Shown here one piece after another: positions 1 through 11,746 of a stretch of DNA of 64,000 bases. The notes beneath the pieces were generated by a model, which saw only the letters and a program-made list of their open reading frames with translations, did not search any database and was not told the DNA's origin. Position 1 is the first letter of the stretch; each line of letters begins with the position of its first letter. The stretch lies in assembly GCF_006345805.1 (NCBI RefSeq), contig NC_043013.1, positions 29,698,001 through 29,762,000 on the forward strand, given 5' to 3'. The DNA is from Octopus sinensis. Lineage: Eukaryota. Both the position numbers and the translations under genes were made by a program.

Positions 1-172
1 TGTGGTAAATATGGACTATGTTACCAAACTGCAGCTTCATACAGTTGACCGATCACAGAAGGTCTGAAGGAAATAGGATAATTCTAAGCAGTTTAAGTGG
101 CATTATTGATTGTTTTTTTTATCTGCGACACAATGGATTGAGGATTGTCTTTGAAATTCTCAAGGAAGAATT

Positions 173-374
173 TAGGCATATTGAAATTTTATACACTTAC
201 ATGTATGTATGTATGTATGTATGTATGAGTGTGTGTGTGTGTGCATGCATTTATGTATGTGTGTGTGCATGCATTTATGTAGGCATATTGAAATTTTATA
301 CACTTACATGTATGTATGTATGTATGTATGTATGAGTGTGTGTGTGTGTGCATGCATTTATGTATGTATATATG

Positions 375-390
<16 letters not shown>
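173..390. repeat. 107-bp tandem duplication containing microsatellite
   Basis: taggcatattgaaattttatacacttac at 173 and 280. Confidence 0.85.
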
Positions 391-408
<18 letters not shown>

Positions 409-443
409 TGTATCTATCTATCTATCTATCTATCTAACTATCT

Positions 444-555
444 CTGGGTTCAGTCCCACTGTGTGGCACCTTGGGCAAGTATCTTCTACTATAGCCTCAG
501 GTCGACCAAAGCCTTGTGAGTTGATTTGGTAGACGGAAATTGGAAGAAGCCTGTC

Positions 556-587
<32 letters not shown>

Positions 588-803
588 GTATGTGTGTGTA
601 TATGTGTTTGTGTGTCTGTGTTTGTCCCTCCAACATCGCTTGTCAACTGGTGTGTTTACGTCCCTGTAACTTAGCGGTTAGGCAAAAGAGACCGATAGAA
701 TAAGTACTAGGCTTACAAAGAATAAGTCCTGAGGTGGATTTGCTTGACTAAAGGTGGTGCTCCAGCATGGCCACAGTTAAATGGCTGAAATAAGTAAAAG
801 AGT
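444..803 (+). mobile_element. tRNA-derived SINE family A (internal microsatellite), 5' truncated
   Basis: gggttcagtcccactg..ggcaccttgggcaag core and gaaa(c)aagtaaaagag tail, shared by more than 15 copies in the window. Confidence 0.85.
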
Positions 804-987
804 ATATAATATATATATAATAAAACAGGAAGCTGGAAAATCTATTGGTATTATTTATGCACCATTACACATGTTTCATTTGCTAATAGGAATTACAGAG
901 TTTTACATGTTAGATAGGCATGTAAGGAATTTCCTATTACAAATTCTTCAAACAGAGAAATTAAGCAATAATAATAATATTATTATT

Positions 988-1037
<50 letters not shown>

Positions 1038-1055
1038 TAATAATAATAATAATAA

Positions 1056-1269
1056 TCCTTTCTGCTAGAGGCACAAGACCTGAAATTTGGGGGAGGAGGA
1101 TAGTTGATTACATTGACCCCAGTGTTTCACTAATACTTAAATTATCAACTCCGAAAGGATGAAAGGCAAAGTTAAGCTCAGTGGAATTTGAACTCAGAAC
1201 ATAAAGACAGACACAATGCCGCTAAGCATTTTGTCTGACGTGCTAATGATTCTACCAGCTCACTGTCTT
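1056..1269 (-). mobile_element. tRNA-derived SINE family B
   Basis: Reverse complement of gagctggcagaatcgttagca..gttctgagttcaaattc..tttgcctttcatcctttcgg. Confidence 0.85.
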
Positions 1270-1302
1270 TAATAATAATGATAATAATGATGATAATCAT
1301 AA

Positions 1303-1825
1303 CACTCTGATGCAATACCCGGCAGTGTCTCTCATGGCTTCTGACCTTAACTGATTGAAAGTGTTATCATGTATATGTTTTGTTTTGGTATTAAAAAGGA
1401 TGGGCTACAGCCCATCTGCTCAATAGCACAGATTTACTTGTCATTTGTTTCACTTTAACCATTTGAGCATGTCCCTTGGTGGCCAATGATATGTGCATCT
1501 CTGATCATGAGCAGGAGTAGTGGGGGAGCATCAAAGCCATGTGTTTAGAGGAATTCTTTGGGCTTTCTGGAAACATGAGTGTTTCATTCAACATCCTTAA
1601 ACAACCCTTATTCAGGGACATTTTCAGCGGGATGGGCTACTCAACCTGAAGAAAATTCTAACTGGGCTGTTTATCTTGATATGAGATCACCATATTGTGC
1701 ACATATGTTTGTCATGCATGTGCCTAGTGGTGTGCTCTTATCAGATGGGTAGTCATGAAGGGTATATTGGGCTTCATATATTTTACCCCAGTATCATTTT
1801 GATGGTATGTATTGCTCTCTCACTC

Positions 1826-1832
<7 letters not shown>
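1303..1832 (+). mobile_element. About 550-bp retroposon 3' segment with an (AAT)n tail, copy 1
   Basis: Homologous to 12625-13181, 13485-14021 and 14322-14858; all end ctctctcactc(aat)n. Confidence 0.75.
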
Positions 1833-1862
<30 letters not shown>

Positions 1863-1881
1863 TTTACTTTTGTTGTTGTAG

Positions 1882-1978
1882 GGCCTCGTATTGTTGTTCA
1901 TGCCTATGGATTAGACACTTTTGGCAATGATGTGGTCCGTGGTTATGGAATGTGCCATGTTCCTATAATTCCTGGCAG
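1882..1978 (+). CDS. B9D1: B9 domain-containing protein 1, internal coding exon (97 bp)
   Basis: ttgttgtag| acceptor and |gtaaga donor. Translates (W)[31 protein letters not shown](R), matching the B9D1 motif [23 protein letters not shown] recalled from the human protein. Confidence 0.95.
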
Positions 1979-2080
1979 GTAAGATATTATTGAATTAATG
2001 AATTTCTTCCATGTTCATGAAGCCAAAAATGTACTGTGAGTAAGTTAGCAGGAAGAAGTTGGTGGTGGTGGTGGTGGTGG

Positions 2081-2112
<32 letters not shown>

Positions 2113-2904
2113 CTTTTAACATGGGCATTAATTACATATGTAAAGCAGTTTCAGCAAAGGATTAATTAGATAATGTTTGATTATAATGAAGTGTTAATTT
2201 AATTAATTTCCCTTAACAAAGGTTTTCCTCTGCTATTACAGATATTCCTTTAATTATAATTTTTCTGATTTAAAAAACATTTTTTTCAATTTCTTTTTTT
2301 TCTGGTGATAACTTCATCATTACCAATTTTTGAATACCTGCCTTTTTCTTTTGTTTTGTTTTGTTTTGTTTTATGTTTTCATTTATAAATCTTCAAATTT
2401 TGTATCAGGTTTTCTCTTAGAACTACATTTGAATTTCGAACACCAGTTTGTTAATGTTATTATTATGTGAAAGTGATTCTATGGTGAACAAGATTGAAAG
2501 AACTGAAGGCAGATATTTTCCCCTTTGGCCAAGTCCTCATCAAATTCTTTAAGTTCCATTCAAAGAAGAAGATGGAAATGGAGAGGGAGGTGTTCCTCTC
2601 CTGTGAAGTTGTTGGAATATGGGTGAAAGTTGTCAGAGATAACTTTGGGAGATGGGTCTACATTCAGCATACACTTGTCAGCCAGAGATCACAACTAAGA
2701 AAGGACACTTTCCTTTAGTAGTCAAAGTAATCCTTAATCTGCTGGGTTCCTTTGATTGACCCTAGGGTGCTCTCCTCTTTCGGGATATCTCATTTCATTT
2801 TTGTACACTGTTGTTTTCCATGTAATTAGTATGTGTGTGTGTGTGTGTGTGTAATAAATTCTTTAAAAAAGAAAAATCATACTAATTTTCATTTGTCTTT
2901 CAAT

Positions 2905-3337
2905 CCACATCCTCGTCATCCTCATTGTTGTCGTCATCGACCTCCTCCCCCTCCTCGTCATCCTCTTCCTTGTCATCCTCTTCCTTGTCATCCTCTTCCT
3001 CGTCATCCTCTTCCTTGTCATCCCCTTCCTCGTTATCCTCTTCCTCGTTATCCTCTTCCTCGTCATCCCCTTTCTCGTCATACTCTTCCTCGTCATCCTC
3101 TTCCTCATCCTCCTCGTCCTCCTCGTCCTCCTCGTCCTTCTCTCCCTCTTCCTCGTTGTCGTCATCCTCCTCCCCTTCCTTGTCCTCCTCCCCTTTCCTC
3201 GTCCTCCTCGTTGTCGTCCTCCTCCATGTCGTCCTCCTTCTCCATGTCGTCCTCCTCGTCCTCCATCTTGTCCTCCCCGTCCTCCCCCTCGTCCTCCTCC
3301 TCATTGTTGTATTATTAATATTCTTCTTCTTCTTCTT

Positions 3338-3405
<68 letters not shown>
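2905..3405. repeat. Cryptic (TCN)n trinucleotide tract followed by (TTC)n and (TTA)n
   Basis: Degenerate TCC/TCG/TCA/TCT array; source of the poly-S/E/R ORFs in the track. Confidence 0.9.
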
Positions 3406-3406
<1 letters not shown>

Positions 3407-3409
3407 ATA

Positions 3410-3614
3410 TGGTGGTGAGCTGGCAGAATCGTTAGCATACTGGGTGAAATGCTTAGCAGTATTTTGTCTGCCACCATGTTCTGAGTTCAAAATCTGCCAA
3501 GGTTGACTTTGCCTTTTATCCTTTCGAGGTTGTACCAGTTGCATACTGGGGTCAATCTAATCGACTTGTCCCCTCCCCACAAATTTCAGGCCTCGTACCT
3601 CCAGTTGAAAGAAT
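3410..3614 (+). mobile_element. SINE family B (another copy at 3975-4177)
   Basis: ggtggtgagctggcagaatcgttagc head and gttctgagttcaaa B box. Confidence 0.85.
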
Positions 3615-3632
3615 TATTATTATTATTGTTAT

Positions 3633-3965
3633 AAAAAGCACCATCCGAACGTGGTTGATGGCAGGTCCACCTCATTGGCTCCTGTGCCAGTGGCATGTAA
3701 AAAGCACCGATTGTGACCGATGCCAGTACTCACTGACTAGCTCTTGTGCCAGTGGCATGTAAAAACCACCATTTGAATGTGGTAGATGCCAGGCCCGCCT
3801 GACTGGCACGTAAATAGCATCCACTACACTCTCAGAGTTGTTGCTGTTAGGAAGGGCATTTAGCTGTAGAAACTTTGCTGCTGGCTCTCCAGACCTCAGG
3901 CAAACTGTCCAGCCCATGCCAGCATGGAAAACGGACGTTAATCGATGATGATGGTGATGATGATG
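3633..3965 (+). mobile_element. Repeat family E with gtaaaaagcacc subrepeats and an (ATG)n tail; relatives at 19765-20165 (+) and 6275-6385 / 15715-15880 (-)
   Basis: Shared catgccagcatggaaaacggacgtta(a)tgatgatg tail. Confidence 0.65.
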
Positions 3966-4213
3966 ATTATTGAGATGGTGAGCTGGCAGAATTTTTAGCA
4001 TGCCAGATGGTGTTTCCTCTGTCTTTACATTCTGAGTTTAAATTCTACCAAGGCTGACTTTGCCTTCTACACTTTTGGTGGGTATCAGTAAAATAAGTTC
4101 CAGTTGAGGACCGGGTTAGATGTAATCAAGTAAAGCCCACCCACAAAATTTCAGGCCTTATGCCTATAATAGAAAGGGTTATTATTACTTTTTTGAAAGG
4201 AAATTTATCTTAA

Positions 4214-4433
4214 CCCTTTTGATACCAACCCGGCTGAAACCGGCTCTGGCTCTGAGTACCAATGTCTTGTTTTCATAAGTTTTGAATTAAAATCTTCCAC
4301 CAAACCTTAGTCACAATTTATGTTCCTATCACTAGCTTAATGATAACTAAGTTATTTTAGTAAATTCTTTGTTATATTTAAAGTAATTGAAAGAAACAGA
4401 GAGCATCTCAAAATAAATACAGTAACGAAAGGG
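4214..4433. mobile_element. piggyBac-type MITE (220 bp)
   Basis: TTAA|CCCTTT...AAAGGG|TTAA. Confidence 0.85.
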
Positions 4434-6552
4434 TTAATGTTGTTTAGCGGTTTCAGTGTTGTGAAATCGGAGAATTGTTAGAGTGTCAGACAGATGGCTT
4501 GTGGTATTTAGTTTTATAGTCTGTAAATAAGAGAAGTGCTGAAATAAAATTTTTTAGGACATGACATTTTTCAGGCTAATATTTAACATTTTACTCTGTG
4601 CTGTGCATAAAGTAAAGACATATAATGCTCTAAGATTCAGTTCATTTGGAATCATGCCTGGTTTTAATCTAATTAGACAAATTTGTTCAAATTGGGATCT
4701 GCACTAAGAGAAAGCCCCTCCACAAACACTTGAATGGGGGATGCTATAATGAATTTTTAGTATATCATTGTAGCTAATATTGGAGCCTCAAGCCCTCGAT
4801 GCTTTTTGGCTGGGACTAGCATATTACATGAAACATAAAACATCAATCTTCAGCTTTTGTAGAGTAGAGGGTCCCACTGACAATTCTCTATTTCAAATCT
4901 TCCATCAAACATTGGTTTTGATAAATATGGGTTTGAGCTGTTCAATCATCTAAACTAATGCCTGTTAATCAAGGAAGTTTTTATTAGTCACTTGACCTCC
5001 TAAAAGCAGCTAGTAGAAGTAACTCAATATTTTGTTAGATATTAAACTAAAAATTCAAATTCAAAGCTGGGGAAATGATAAACGTCCTAAATATCTTAGT
5101 GTCATTTTTTTAATGGCTAAATCAGAGGAGAAAATGCAGCTTTCGTGGCCCATCATAGATCCTCCAAGACTAATGAGAAGAGGGGGAGAGGTTATTCTCA
5201 GATTGGGGACCTGACAGAATATTTGCCATAGCTTAGGCTTCACTAAAATCATCCAAGGGTGGTGCTGGTGTTAAAACAGGTGGTAGTTTACATCTGCCAA
5301 CCTAGAATAGGATCAATCCCTTTGACAGGCTTCTACATAGTTTCCATTTACTAAATTTCACTCATGAGGTTTTGGTCAACTTTACGCTATAAAAGAATAC
5401 GTCTGTCCAAGGTACCCTACAGTGGGATTGAACCCAAAACCACATTGTTGTGTGAAGAGAACTTCTTAAACAGTATAGAGACTGAGACAGTTGAGCACCA
5501 AAATATTATGCCTATCATCCTGGTTTAGAAAAAAAAGGGTGCCAAGTTAGTACTGATTCTTGAATTTTGACGTTGCCCTGTACAAATATAATTATCAATA
5601 TCATTACACTCTCATCATTTCCTACACTGTTATTATCATCATCATCATCATCATCATTATTGATCTCCTTCTTCACCATTTTCCCTACTAATATTACTAC
5701 CTCTATAACCCTCACACTACTATAATCTCCCTCAGTTAATATTCTTTAACTTGACATTATATTAACTGGTGTTTACCAATGCAAAAGAAAAAAAAAAAAA
5801 AGAAAGAAGTTTTTTATTTTTATTAAATTCAAAAATTAATTTTTTTTTTTTTCTTTCATGAAAATTAATTAAGATTTTAAACTTTGCAGATAACCCATTT
5901 CCTTTTATTAGAGTCAGAATAACAGATAACAAATCATTTCCAAAGAAATCACAAAAAGCAGATCCTGTTTCTAAATCATGTTTGTTATAGTTATACTCTG
6001 TTATCCAGGGCATTGATTGTAAACAACTTTGGCATGTGCTGTGTTGGGAAATGAGCAAGTGATCTTGGCTTCTTGTCACAGCTATGCCCAGTTCTTCCAC
6101 TTCAGAGTAATATGGCCGGGTGTATTAAACCTATGACAAAAAACATGTTTCTGCCAACTTGTTAGTTTTTCATTTCATATAGTCATCGTCGTTGTCATTG
6201 TTGTTGTTCTTATCATCGTTGTCATTATCATCAGCATCATCATCATTGTTATAATTGTCATCATCGTCATCATTGTCATCATTTAGCATCCACTTTCCCA
6301 TGCTCACATGGATCAGATGCAATTTGTTGAGGCGGCTGGTTGCTTTTCCTGTTGCCAACCCTCACATGCCTCCATGTAAGGTAATATTTCTCCATGGTGA
6401 GACATGTTTGCATAAAATTCATTTGAAACAAAGAACACTGTTTATGTGATAGTGACGGTCATTTAAAACTATTGCGGTGTGTTAAAACCAAGAGAAATAA
6501 ACACACACACACAATACATATACATATACAAACATACATATATATATATATA

Positions 6553-6589
<37 letters not shown>

Positions 6590-6596
<7 letters not shown>

Positions 6597-7400
6597 CATA
6601 CACACATACATACGTACATACACACTGGGTGCAGGAGTGGCTGTTTGGTAAGTATCTTGCTTACGAACCACATGGTTCCGGGTTCAGTCCTACTGCATGG
6701 CACCTTGGCAAGTGTCTTCTACTATAGCCTCGGGCTGACCAAAGCCTTGTGAGTGGATTGGTAAATGGAAATTGAAAGAAGCTCATTGTATATATGTATG
6801 TGTGTGTGTATATGTTTGTGTGTCTGTGTTTGTTCCCCTCATGCCCCAACATCGCTAGACAAACGATGCTGGCGTGCTCCAGTATGGCCACAGTCAAAAT
6901 GACTGAAACAAATAAAAGAGTAAAAAAGTGAAAGAGTATACATACACACATACATACACACATACATACACACATACATACACATACATACACACACATA
7001 CATACGTACATACACACTGGGTGCAGGAGTGGCTGTTTGGTAAGTATCTTGCTTACGAACCACATGGTTCCGGGTTCAGTCCTACTGCATGGCACCTTGG
7101 CAAGTGTCTTCTACTATAGCCTCGGGCTGACCAAAGCCTTGTGAGTGGATTGGTAAATGGAAATTGAAAGAAGCTCATTGTATATATGTATGTGTGTGTC
7201 TATATGTTTGTGTGTCTGTGTTTGTTCCCCTCATGCCCCAACATCGCTAGACAAACGATGCTGGCGTGCTCCAGTATGGCCACAGTCAAAATGACTGAAA
7301 CAAATAAAAGAGTAAAAAAAGTGAAAGAGTATACATACACACATACATACACACATACATACACACATACATACACACATACATACACACATACATACAT
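6590..7400 (+). repeat. 392-bp tandem duplication of an internally deleted family-A SINE (6626-6938 and 7018-7330)
   Basis: Copies differ by about one substitution and one A-run length; joined through (CATA/CACA)n. Confidence 0.92.
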
Positions 7401-7636
7401 ACATACATACATACATGCATGCATACATACATACATACATACATACATACATACATACATACATGCATGCATGTATTCTGTTTGAAAAAGAATGACACTG
7501 CATACATGATGGTGACAATCACTTTACAAATATCACAGAATATGATGATGTCATATTTTTAAAACAAGGAGACAGTAAACATACACATGCAGGAAAGGGT
7601 GACACGAAAGGAAAGTACAAGCAAGAAATACATTGT

Positions 7637-7822
7637 TTTGGAATTAGGTGGGCTGCCATATTACTTTCCTCAAGTAATTGTGGTTGCTTTGCTCCACGTC
7701 AGCCTTAAATAACTCTCGCAGTATTCGTTCAAACTCCCTGCACTCTGATTGCAAGTCTTACCAATCTCAACTTTGCCTTCTGTTCGTTCAACATTAAGGA
7801 GAATGTGCCCACCCAGAGCAGT
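7637..7822 (-). repeat. Unclassified about 186-bp dispersed repeat; second copy at 9602-9789
   Basis: tttggaattaggtgggctgcc...ttcaacattaagga is shared, and both copies have the same left boundary. Confidence 0.8.
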
Positions 7823-8654
7823 AGGCTGGCAGAACTACTTGTGGGTCCATGCAAGATACCTTGTGGTATCTTTTCCGGTTCTTTCAGTTCTGACCTCAGT
7901 CACTGTGATGACACTAGTGCCAAGCTGCATTGGTCCAGTTTAGTTGCTTCCCCTTAGTTAACTGTTGCTATTGTGGAGAGGAGATATTTGCCTGCATGCA
8001 CAACTTTCTGTCTTCTTTAAACAATTTTACTCAGGACTTTGCACATGTGCAGATTCATGGTCAGAGCTTCATATGATTTGAAATGTCCCAACCATGACCA
8101 TCCATCCTTTTTCAGTCATAACATATATATCCAGACCACATATTCTCATTTTTCAAGATGGCAGAGTGGGTAGTTTCACTTGGTCTCTGTCTGTCTGTCT
8201 TTCTCTAATTGTCTCTTATGTTAAGGTTTTGTGGTATGGCAAGAACACCCTTTCACTCGCAGCATGAATTGTTCTCACTGTACTATGTAGCAGCCACAAC
8301 TTCATACTTCTAATGTTAATTACTTGTATATTATCATGACACAGTCCCTTCACTTCTTTACAGAGGTCAGTGACATCTATGTCATTGACCTAGCCATAGG
8401 TGAGTTTGATCTGTTAGCACCAGAAAAGTTTCCTCCTCCTCTGGTTATTTACCCTTCATGTTGTCAGTCCTCAAGAAGTTCTAATCACATATTTGTAAGG
8501 CTTCAATTGTAAACTGGTTACAACAAATATCAGATTGACCATGGATTATTTTATGTTTACAACAGCTAATATATAGGCTTCATAGCCAGTCAAATCAATA
8601 TTTAATCACTCTTTCTGTGTGTGTGTCTGTATATATATATATATATATATATAT

Positions 8655-8903
8655 ACATTACTTTCATTATCTACATTTGATGGATATTTGACCTCATCTT
8701 GTTTCTTGTTAACACAACATTTTGGCTGATATACCCTCCAGCTTTCATCAGGTGTCTTGGGGAAATTTCGAACCTGGGTATTTTTTTAATGTTATTATTA
8801 TTACGATGATGATGATGATGATGATTCAGGTTACTGTCTGGAATTGAACTTGGAATCTTGGGGTTAGTAGCCTGCACTCTTAACCACTACGCCATATGCC
8901 CAT
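8655..8903 (-). mobile_element. tRNA-headed SINE-like element carrying a hammerhead ribozyme
   Basis: A box TGGCGTAGTGG (8894-8884), B box AGTTCAATTCC (8850-8840), (ATC/AAT)n linker, HHR at 8755-8712, and a tail shared with 20189-20270 and 32695-32734. Confidence 0.7.
8712..8755 (-). ncRNA. Minimal type I hammerhead ribozyme, CpG-decayed (G12A), inside a tRNA-headed element
   Basis: Minus strand reads ACAC-CTGATGA-A-AGCTG-gagggtatat-CAGCC-AAAAT-GT-T-GTGT. Stems I and II pair; GAAAC is mutated to AAAAT. Confidence 0.75.
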
Positions 8904-10136
8904 ACTATATATATATATATATAAGCAACAAGGATATCCAGAGGTAATGCAGTACGATCGTTTCACGCAACTCCATTTAATTGAACAATGCAGCCATTAC
9001 ATCAGTTTAAATGCAAAGCAATCCTCAGTTGCGCAAAGACATAGAATTTAATTAAATTAAAACAGATGGACACATTAGTATAATTTTACCGAAAATCTCC
9101 AAGAAGCTAAAGAGATAGACAAAGAACATGCTGCCTTCACTTCCGCTTAGAGGCTACTAAAGTATCAGGAAGAAAGACTTGTTACAAATTTTGCTTGTCA
9201 CTGTTTTATGGGGCCAGTTTTAATTTAAAGACTAGTTTTATCAAATCCATGTATATTTAAGGCCGAGAGAAACTGGGGGCAGTATCTTTTATGGGTAGGG
9301 CTGAGGGAGTCGACAGAAATCATAGTGGGTATAGTCATAAAAATCAAGATTTATTTGAAACAATATCATGAGATTTGGTAAAGGAAAACTTAAATCAAGA
9401 TGTTAGCTGACAATTAAGGGGGCTGGCCACCAGCCTTGTTTCATTGATAATGAAACAGGGGAAATCTTATCATGTAGTGCTATAGTTAAATATTTTAAGC
9501 AATACTGCTATATTGTATAAAGTTAAAGTTTAGGGTTATTCGGAGGATTATTAAGAAGAATAATTATAACAAAAGGATAAAATGTTTTACGAATACTTTG
9601 CTTTGGAATTAGGTGGGCTGCCATATTACTTTCCTCAAGTAATTGTGGTTGCTTTGCTCCATGTCAGCCCTAAATAGACTCTCGCAGTATTCGTTCAAAC
9701 TCCATTCACTCTGATTGCAAGTCTTACCAAGATCAACTTTGCCTTCTGTTCGTTCAACATTAAGGAAAATGTACCCACATAGAGCAGTACCAAACTTTTA
9801 CTGCAATAGATGGAGGAAAAGAAATTATCCAGAAATAGTTTAACATTTATACATATTATAAGCTTAAATACTAACTTATTAGATGACATCAGTGAATATT
9901 GATCAATTGGTATATACTGATATTTAATAAAGGAGTACTGAGGTAAAAGAACATGCTAAGTATATATCAATTTAATTATGTCAAATGATGATGATGATGG
10001 TGAGGATACGAATTTACTCAAACTTTTCCAGGTGGTACTCCAGCATGGCTGCAGTCTAATAGGTGAAAGAACTAAAAGACTAAAATAGCATCCATGCTAA
10101 TTTGTTTTATCATAATTTTGTCCTCTCTTTTCTTAG

Positions 10137-10267
10137 ACACACGTGTTGTCTGCCAATGTTTGTTCCTGAATCTACCTCCCTGCTGCAGAAATTCACAAGC
10201 TGGCTGCTTGGCAGACGTCCTGAATTTGTTGATGCAAGGATTGTTGCTCTTGGAGAAGGCAGAGAAG
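10137..10267 (+). CDS. B9D1: B9D1 internal coding exon (131 bp)
   Basis: tcttttcttag| acceptor and |gtaaat donor. The phase-2 join completes AGA(R). Translates [43 protein letters not shown](V), matching B9D1 [29 protein letters not shown]. Confidence 0.96.
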
Positions 10268-10469
10268 GTAAATGACTTCAGTTTTCTCAGTTCAGTTTTA
10301 CACAACAGTAGTTTACCGCTTAAATCTTTAAAATTTTGACTGGCCATATCTGGCCCAAACATTCTACCTGTTTTCTGTCCAAACTGTCCATATCTAACCT
10401 TTCACTCTCATCCTGCTCTGTCATCCTAAAAAAGAAAAAAGAAATAAATAAACAGTCACATGATTGTAA

Positions 10470-10936
10470 TCTCAACCAACCTGAAACCACCTCTGGCACT
10501 GTAGTACCAATGTCTTGTTTTCAAATGTTCTGAATTAATATCTCCCTCCAAACCTTAGTCATAGTTTATGTTCCTAACACTAGCTTAATGATAACTAAGT
10601 TATTTTACTAAATTCTTTTTCATATTTAAAATTAATTGAAAGAAACACAGAGCATCTCGACAGAAATATGGTAACAAAAGGGTTAAAATATATAATTGAG
10701 AAACAGTTCTTAACCCCTCTTAATACGAGTCTGGCTGAAACTTCCTCTGGCTCTGTAGTACAAATGTCTTCTTTCTATAAGTTTTGAATTAAAACCTTCC
10801 ATCAAACGTTAGTCACAATTTATGTTCCTAACATTAGCTTAATGATAACTAAATTATTTGACTAAATTCTTTTTCATATTTGAAATGAATTGAAAGAAAC
10901 ACAGAGCATCTCAACAGAAATATGGTAACAAAAGAG
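10470..10936. mobile_element. Two adjacent copies of the same piggyBac MITE (about 10470-10682 and 10714-10936)
   Basis: Internal sequence is homologous to 4214-4433; TTAA flanks at 10710 and 10937; right end AAAAGGG|TTAA at 10682. Confidence 0.8.
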
Positions 10937-11327
10937 TTAAATTTCACAGAGTAACCTGAATGCTAAAAGGTCAAAGCTCTTTACTGCCATCTTTTATATA
11001 TACTGTTGATGTGTAAAAGTGGGTTTTTTTCTATGATACTTATGTTTAAGATGATGAGTTGAAGAGTTATTAGTACTGATGGTAAAAATTGGTCAAGTGG
11101 CAAACTTAAATGCAATATGGTATTTAGTAACTCGCCTTTATATACCAAGTGCTAATTTTGTTTTAAACAGCAGTGTTTTACTATTTAATACTATTTATTG
11201 ATAACTAGAGTTTTCATCACGTGGGCTATTAATCTGCTGGGAATTAATCCTTAATATCTCAAACAATGAGAACTTGGCCTAACAACTGAAATGTGATTTC
11301 GTTCCTATTCTTTTATCCTCATCAGCA

Positions 11328-11471
11328 TAGGCACAGGAATGGCTCCGGGTTCAGTCCCACTGCGTGGCACCTTGGGCAAGTTTCTTCTACTATAGCCTTG
11401 GGCTGACTAAAGCCTTGTGAGTGGATTTGGTAGACGGAAACTGAAAAAAGCCTGTCGTATATATATTTGTG

Positions 11472-11547
<76 letters not shown>

Positions 11548-11746
11548 TTGTGTGTCTGTGTTTGTCCACCAACATCGCTTGACAACCGATGCTGGTGTGT
11601 TTACGTCCCCGTAACTTAGTGGTTTGGCAAGAGAGACCAATAGAATAAGTACTAGACTTACAAAGAATAAGTACTGGGGTCGATTTGCTTCACTAAATGT
11701 GGTGCTCCAGCATGGCCGCAGTCAAATGACTGAAACAAATAAAGAA
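11328..11746 (+). mobile_element. SINE family A
   Basis: taggcacaggaatggct head, (TG)n insert, gactgaaacaa tail. Confidence 0.85.

Noticed and set aside
18-636. ORF-track peptides rich in YVCM, HTHT or IYIY here and throughout the window
   Set aside because: These are translations of (TATG)n, (CA)n and (TA)n microsatellites and SINE bodies, not genes.
1-1881. Upstream B9D1 exons (FKSTNP.G region)
   Set aside because: Not found; they presumably lie 5' of the window.
2833-3544. Long poly-S, poly-R/T and poly-E/D ORFs
   Set aside because: They come from a stop-free trinucleotide tract open on both strands, with no splice signals or protein motif.
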